Below the pieces are notes generated by a model. The model worked only from the letters and a program-made list of their open reading frames with translations, ran no database searches and was not told where the DNA came from. Of a stretch of DNA of 64,000 nucleotides, positions 59,655-64,000 are shown one piece after another. A program made the translations under genes and the position numbers. Position 1 is the first letter of the stretch. Each line of letters opens with the position of its first letter. Origin of the DNA: Octopus sinensis (taxonomy: Eukaryota). The DNA lies in NCBI RefSeq assembly GCF_006345805.1, contig NC_042999.1, positions 77,376,001 through 77,440,000 of the forward strand, written 5' to 3'.

Positions 59655-60821
59655 TATATATATACATACATACACACATTTAAATATAGATACACACACA
59701 CACATACACACATTCATTCATGTGAAACAAAGCACAATGGTCATTTGCAAGCAAGTATGACAGTGTAGCAAGCAGCATGCTTTCGCTAAATGTCTATTTA
59801 GTTATGAGCAGATACAAATACTTTCTTAGCTCTTCTGCCCTTGGCCCAAAGGAACATTGAGGATAAGACAGTGAGAGGGAGTGAGGGCTGCACCAGTACT
59901 CATCTGATACTCAGTTTCAGCTGAGTAGACTGGAGCAACATGACATGAAATGCATTGCTCAAGAACACAACATGCCACTCAGTCCAGGAATTGAACTTGT
60001 GATCTTAAAACAATAAAGCTAACATCCTAATCACTAAATCACATGCCTTGCATAAATGTGTGCGTGCGTGCACACACACACACACTTTTTCTTCTCTTAA
60101 TCTGAGCCCCTTCAATCTATGTAAGTCATAATCATCTCTATATATATAAACGGCAAAATGTCTGCGTGCGTGTCCTTTATACAAATCCACAATTTTTCAG
60201 TTAGAGGGCTCACACTTTCTATCGTCATTCAAATCTGTCCAAGGGTGGTCGTGCACATCTTTACATTTCCCCGTAAAGCCATTAAAAAATCAATAGAAGT
60301 GACTTTTTTGTGAATTTTCTATCCAAAACCCAATCAAAATGCCCGAAACTTGATACGTTAATTGAATGCCAGCTAGCTGTATGTGATTGGTCAAAGATTT
60401 GGACAGTACTTGCGTGTATGTGTGCACGCACGCAGCTGTATATGCATGCACTAGCACTATGACCCGGCAACGCCGGGTCATAGTGCTAGTGTTTATATAA
60501 AAGACATGCATAATTACACAAATCTTATTTCTACCACATTATCTCTCTCTTCAGAGGGACCATCACTACCACATAATCATACCCCCATTGTTCTCTAACA
60601 GTAAGGTTTTGTGCTTGTGAAAGAACATTATTATATTAGTTAAATATATGAACATCATACAATCTTATTTTCCTTCTCTTACAAATCTGAGAAATTGTGC
60701 CTATGTAAATAATCGAATATTTTGATAATTTATTCCCTTGTTCCCAACTCTTCCTATAGGTGTGGGTATGTACCTGAAAGAAAAAAATCCTAATATACAG
60801 GCTGTGCTTGCTGACCCACCT
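46229..60821 (+). CDS. cysK: Cysteine synthase (PLP-dependent O-acyl-serine sulfhydrylase, fungal CysB/Cys11, animal Cys1a type), partial; join(46229-46266,48051-48091,48208-48303,49693-49817,52801-52890,53950-54064,59142-59195,60760-60821)
   Basis: Spliced translation gives [15 protein letters not shown]...[16 protein letters not shown] (PLP lysine)...[14 protein letters not shown]...[20 protein letters not shown]...GTGGT...VLADPP. All junctions GT-AG with compatible phases. First and last exons not found. Confidence 0.93.
46660..47290 (-). mobile_element. 3' fragment of the same CR1-group LINE
   Basis: [18 protein letters not shown] and shared 3' UTR; in a cysteine synthase intron. Confidence 0.85.
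47337..47545 (+). mobile_element. tRNA-derived SINE (family 2)
   Basis: GAGCTGG.AGAAAC.TTAGCA...AGTTCAAATTC...TTTCATCCTTTC.GGGT.GATAAA; related copies near 13080-13270 (+), 16950-17160 (-), 36780-36885 (-), 49490-49590 (-). Confidence 0.78.
48051..48091 (+). CDS. cysK: Cysteine synthase exon: [13 protein letters not shown](G)
   Basis: gttcccAG acceptor, G|GTAAGT donor. Confidence 0.9.
48208..48303 (+). CDS. cysK: Cysteine synthase exon with PLP lysine: [31 protein letters not shown]
   Basis: SVKDR motif; ttccAG / G|GTATGT. Confidence 0.95.
49693..49817 (+). CDS. cysK: Cysteine synthase exon: [41 protein letters not shown]
   Basis: Substrate loop TAGNTG; donor AAG|GTTAGT. Confidence 0.95.
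51601..51978 (+). mobile_element. Full-length tRNA-derived SINE (family 1)
   Basis: Colinear with 22566-22982. Confidence 0.85.
52201..52613. mobile_element. 413-bp fold-back element: truncated tRNA-like head + (AAT)n + Penelope-type hammerhead tail, present as two inverted arms
   Basis: Arms 52201-52407 and 52422-52613 are reverse complements; box B-like GAGTTCGATTCC at 52438-52449; hammerhead cores on opposite strands. Confidence 0.85.
52524..52569 (+). ncRNA. Minimal type I hammerhead ribozyme motif
   Basis: Stem I GACAC/GTGTT; core CTGATGA; extra A; stem II GGCTG/CAGTC; GAAA; TG; U16.1-H17 (TT). Confidence 0.65.
52801..52890 (+). CDS. cysK: Cysteine synthase exon: [30 protein letters not shown]
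   Basis: ttttctAG / CAG|GTGAGA, phase 0-0. Confidence 0.92.
52975..53845 (-). mobile_element. Degenerate RTE-X-like LINE 3' part
   Basis: [32 protein letters not shown], similar to the 38.3-kb copy. Confidence 0.82.
53950..54064 (+). CDS. cysK: Cysteine synthase exon: [38 protein letters not shown]
   Basis: QF.N..N..AH..TTGPEIW motif; gctgcAG / A|GTGAGT. Confidence 0.95.
54541..54621. repeat. Compound microsatellite (GT)n(CT)n(AT)n
   Basis: Read directly. Confidence 0.9.
54679..55407 (-). mobile_element. Penelope-like element 3' fragment: GIY-YIG endonuclease C-terminal half plus downstream decayed hammerhead
   Basis: FKQ..NGHRSSF......SLAS.VW.LK...Y.IKW....Y......CKLCLAE...[12 protein letters not shown] pattern; CTGATGA...GAAA core at 54679-54738. 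Confidence 0.75.
56230..56590 (+). mobile_element. Family 3 repeat
   Basis: Three subrepeats and (GAT)n tail. Confidence 0.82.
57713..58022 (-). mobile_element. Family 3 repeat, inverted relative to 56230-56590
   Basis: CpG-rich, three subrepeats, truncated at 58022. Confidence 0.85.
59142..59195 (+). CDS. cysK: Cysteine synthase exon: (K)[17 protein letters not shown](G)
   Basis: GTGGT phosphate-binding loop; ttttctAG / G|GTAATA. Confidence 0.93.
60135..60489 (+). mobile_element. Non-autonomous Helitron (355 bp) in a cysteine synthase intron
   Basis: Starts TC after A, ends CTAG before T, GC-rich subterminal hairpin CCCGGCAACGCCGGG, no TSD. Confidence 0.85.
60760..60821 (+). CDS. cysK: Cysteine synthase exon: [20 protein letters not shown]
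   Basis: cctatAG / CCT|GTAAGT; ADP motif. Confidence 0.92.
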
Positions 60822-61130
60822 GTAAGTTAATTAAGTTTGCTAAAACTTATAAGATTTTTCCTTAAAAATGTGATTGTAAGATTTTTTTCCTTCATATTCC
60901 ATTTTGCAATAATGTGATTTTTCTCTCTCTCTTTCTCTGTATAGATGTAATTGGTAGAATAGATGCATTCTAGTTGTGGAGCATATCACTATAGGATTTA
61001 GAATTCAAATCATATAGTCCATTTAAAAAAAATTGAAAATAATATATTGAAAGAAATTCAGAAACCACATTAGTATGTGTATTAGGAGTGTTTGGAAATA
61101 ATGCTTTATTTTATATATATATATATATAT

Positions 61131-62450
61131 ATCATCATCATCATCATCATCATCATCATCTTTAACATCTGTTTTCCATGCTGGCATGGGTCGGATGGTT
61201 TGATTGAGGGCTGGCAAGCCAGGAGGCTGCACCAGGCTCCAATCTGATCTGGCTAGGTTTCTACAGCTGGAGGCCCTTCCTAATGCCAACCACTCTGAGA
61301 GTGTAGTGGATACTTTTTATGTGCCACCAGCACTGGGACCGGTCAGGCAGCACTGGCATCAACCAGGCTCAAATGATGCTCTTTATGTGCCACCAGAACA
61401 GGAGCCAATCAGGTGGCACTGGCGTCAACCATGCTCAAATGGTACTTTTTATGTGCCACAGGCATGGGTGCCAGTCAGGTGGCACTGGCAATGGCCACAA
61501 CTACACTTTCACTTGACTCAACAGGTCTTCTCAAGCACTGCATATTGCCTGACGATTAATGGGTACTTTTAAACAGACCGGTTAAGCAACACTGGCATCA
61601 GCTATGGCTATGATCTCACTTGGCTTGTGGGGTCTTCTCAAGCACAGCATATCTCAAAAGGTTGGACTTCACCATTTCATCCCATGTCTTCCTGAGTCTA
61701 CCTCTTCCACAGGTTCCCTCCACTGTTAGGGTGTGAGACTTCTTCACACAGCGGTATTCATCCATATGCAACCCATGACCATACAAACACAGTCATCTCT
61801 TTTGCACACCACATCTGCTGCTGCTTATGTCCAACTTTTCTTTTAGTGCATACACTCAGTCACGTATGCACACTGACATTACACATCCATTGGAGCATAC
61901 AGCTTCATTCCTTTCTAGCCTATGCATGCCCTCAGCAGTCACAGCCCATGTTTCACTGCCATGTAGCATGGCTGATAACAGACATGCATCATACAGTATA
62001 CCTTTCACTCTGAGCAAGAGGCCCTTTATTACCAGAAGAGGTAAGAGCTCTCTGAAATTTGCCCAGGCTATTTTAATTCTAGCAGCTATGCTCTCAGAAC
62101 ATCCACCCCTGCTACTGACTTGGTCACTTATGTAATGGAAACTATCAACTACTTCTAGTTTTTACCCCTGGCATGTAATGGAATCTGTTTTCTGTGCATC
62201 TTCAGTGTTTATTGCCCCTGTGCATCTGCCACACACAAAAACTATCTTCCCAGTTAACCTTCCTTTGATATTGCTGCACCTCTTATGTGTCCATAGCTTA
62301 CACTGGGTACATCTTATGGAGTTTCTACTTATACCTTTTCTACAGATTGAGCAGAGCCATCTACCTGAAGGGATTTGTGATTTGTCTGCCTTCCTACTTA
62401 CTAAGACTTTGGTTTTTGCTAGGTTGACTTTAAGGCCCTTTCGAATGTAG
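61131..62450 (-). mobile_element. RTE-type LINE 3' end with (GAT)n tail and tandem subrepeat region
   Basis: Minus strand encodes GTCGRGRLRKTWDEMVK-like end; the tail is the (CAT)n family shared across the window. Confidence 0.75.
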
Positions 62451-63134
62451 TCTCACTAGTGTGCCCACCAGACTGGTAAGTGAACAGGTGACTAGCAGGT
62501 TTCCTGAAGTTAGTATTATAGATCATAAGATCATTTATATGTATTAGGAAGGGCATCCAGCTGTGGAAACCATCCCAGAACAAACAATGGAGCCTGGTGT
62601 GGCTGGCCTTACCAGTTCTTTTCAAATTATCCAATCTATGCCAACTTGGAAAATGGATGTTAAATGATGATATACATGTGTGTTTGTGTGTAATTTATTT
62701 ATATATTTTCTCTTAGTCAAATAGTAATGTATTTGTCTAAATTTTCAAATATGTAATAATGTTGGCAGCTATCATATGAGGTGTTTAGTAACAGAGTGTC
62801 ATAAGTGCCACCCCAGCCATTTTCGAGGTTAGTATATCATTTTCTTTGTCTCGATGTCTAGAATCTGAAAAAGTTGAGAGGAAGAACCAGTGAGGCTTGC
62901 AATAAGGTTGAAAATCCAGCTGCAAAAAATTGTACCTCAATGCTATTGACACAACTCTCGCTCACTTAAACTTGTACCAGAGAGTTTAGTAACACACCAT
63001 TGTAAGCACACACTCAATCAATAACTTTGGTGTGGTCTCTGTATCATTTTCTAATATTCCTTGTTACCATCGTAATGATAATGGGCTATTATCTTACTAT
63101 CTTATCTTACTTACCTCTTAAAGATACTTAAGCA

Positions 63135-63292
63135 CCCACTACACTCACAGAGTGGTTGGCGTTAGGAAGGGCATCCAGCTGTAGAAACACTGCCAGATCA
63201 GACTGGGCCTGGCACAGCCTACTGGCTCCTCAGACCCCAGTTGAACCGTCCAACCCATGCTAGCATGGAAAACGGACGTTAAACGATGATGA
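63135..63292 (+). mobile_element. Family 3 repeat 3' end
   Basis: GCACCCACTACACTCACAGAGTGGTTGGCGTTAGGAAGGGCATCC...AAACGATGATGA. Confidence 0.8.
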
Positions 63293-63689
63293 ATACCTTG
63301 GGGTGGGGTCTCTGTATGTTTTTCCAAGGTACTATGGCTAAAATGTGCAATGCACTGTTTCATAGTACCAGTATATTCTACAAAATGATAAAGACGCAGT
63401 TGTTGTTTCATCTTCCAGATGTATACATAAATATATAATTTTACATAGGTGAAATGATTAGAGGAGGTCTTCATGGTCATTTTAAGACCAAAACCAGCTT
63501 CCTAACTTCATTCCTCGCTGAGATATCACATTCTGAAAGTTGCAAAACTTTGACTGCATCTTTCTCAGCTTTTAAGTTGTGGTGCTTATGACGGTCTGTT
63601 ACTAAATGCCTCATATGATCTTGAGATTATAAATTAAATATAATGGTTCTATGTTTTTATAGGTAAGTTAGATGATGAGAGTAGAAGTA

Positions 63690-63890
63690 ATAATAATGAA
63701 CTTATTGTATATAGTGCTCAGGAGCATTATCACTCATTAGAAAAAAATAGCTAAAAATGCATGTACACTACATACAATTAATTCACAGAAAGTGAACTGT
63801 TAATGAGTTGTTTTAAAAAGAATAAAAGTTGGGTGTGAGACATTAGGTGTACTGGCAAACTTCGGGAAGCATGGCAGTTTTGAATGATGT
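63690..63890 (-). mobile_element. Decayed 3' UTR fragment of the CR1-group LINE
   Basis: tatatagtgctcagg...gaaagtgaac...gggaagcatgg match the other copies. Confidence 0.65.
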
Positions 63891-64000
63891 AGATAATGCT
63901 TTTTAGAAACAAAATTATATTTTCATTTTTTATGGAATTAATAAGACAACTTTCATATAACTTTTTGAATGGAAAATTTATTTGGAAATGCTCTTATTTA

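Noticed and set aside
46229-60821. Recent horizontal transfer of cysteine synthase from bacteria or fungi
   Set aside because: At least seven spliceosomal introns and host-like composition; homologues are known across invertebrates.
1-64000. CRISPR array, rRNA, prokaryotic operon or selenoprotein SECIS
   Set aside because: No regularly spaced repeat-spacer array, no rRNA-like tract, spliced eukaryotic genes throughout; no SECIS could be supported by eye.

Overview
AT-rich, repeat-dense animal genomic DNA; the SINE/LINE families look like those of an octopus/coleoid cephalopod (inference). Two host genes can be built exon by exon on the + strand. PSMF1/PI31 (proteasome inhibitor) is complete: 7 coding exons, 20558-36437, 250 aa. 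A PLP-dependent cysteine synthase of the fungal CysB/animal Cys1a type has 8 coding exons visible (46229-60821), with N- and C-terminal exons unresolved. There is also a probable last exon of an upstream gene (3019-3141) and an unexplained minus-strand exon (42499-42645). The rest is transposable elements. A full-length 4170-bp GC-rich LTR retrotransposon (6078-10247, CTATA target duplication) has no TGG primer site, but a 12-nt match to the 5' END of tRNA-Phe abuts its LTR, and it joins a DIRS-like RNase H to a DDE integrase. Also present: a deleted Mag-like Gypsy element, Tx1-, CR1-, RTE- and CRE-type LINE fragments, a mariner relic, a non-autonomous Helitron, a TIR element carrying a CXC cysteine domain, and several palindromic MITE-like elements. 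At least three Penelope-type minimal hammerhead ribozyme motifs occur; one lies in a fold-back element with a tRNA-like Pol III head inside a cysteine synthase intron. No CRISPR array, rRNA or intact tRNA gene was seen. Boundaries of degenerate repeats are approximate.
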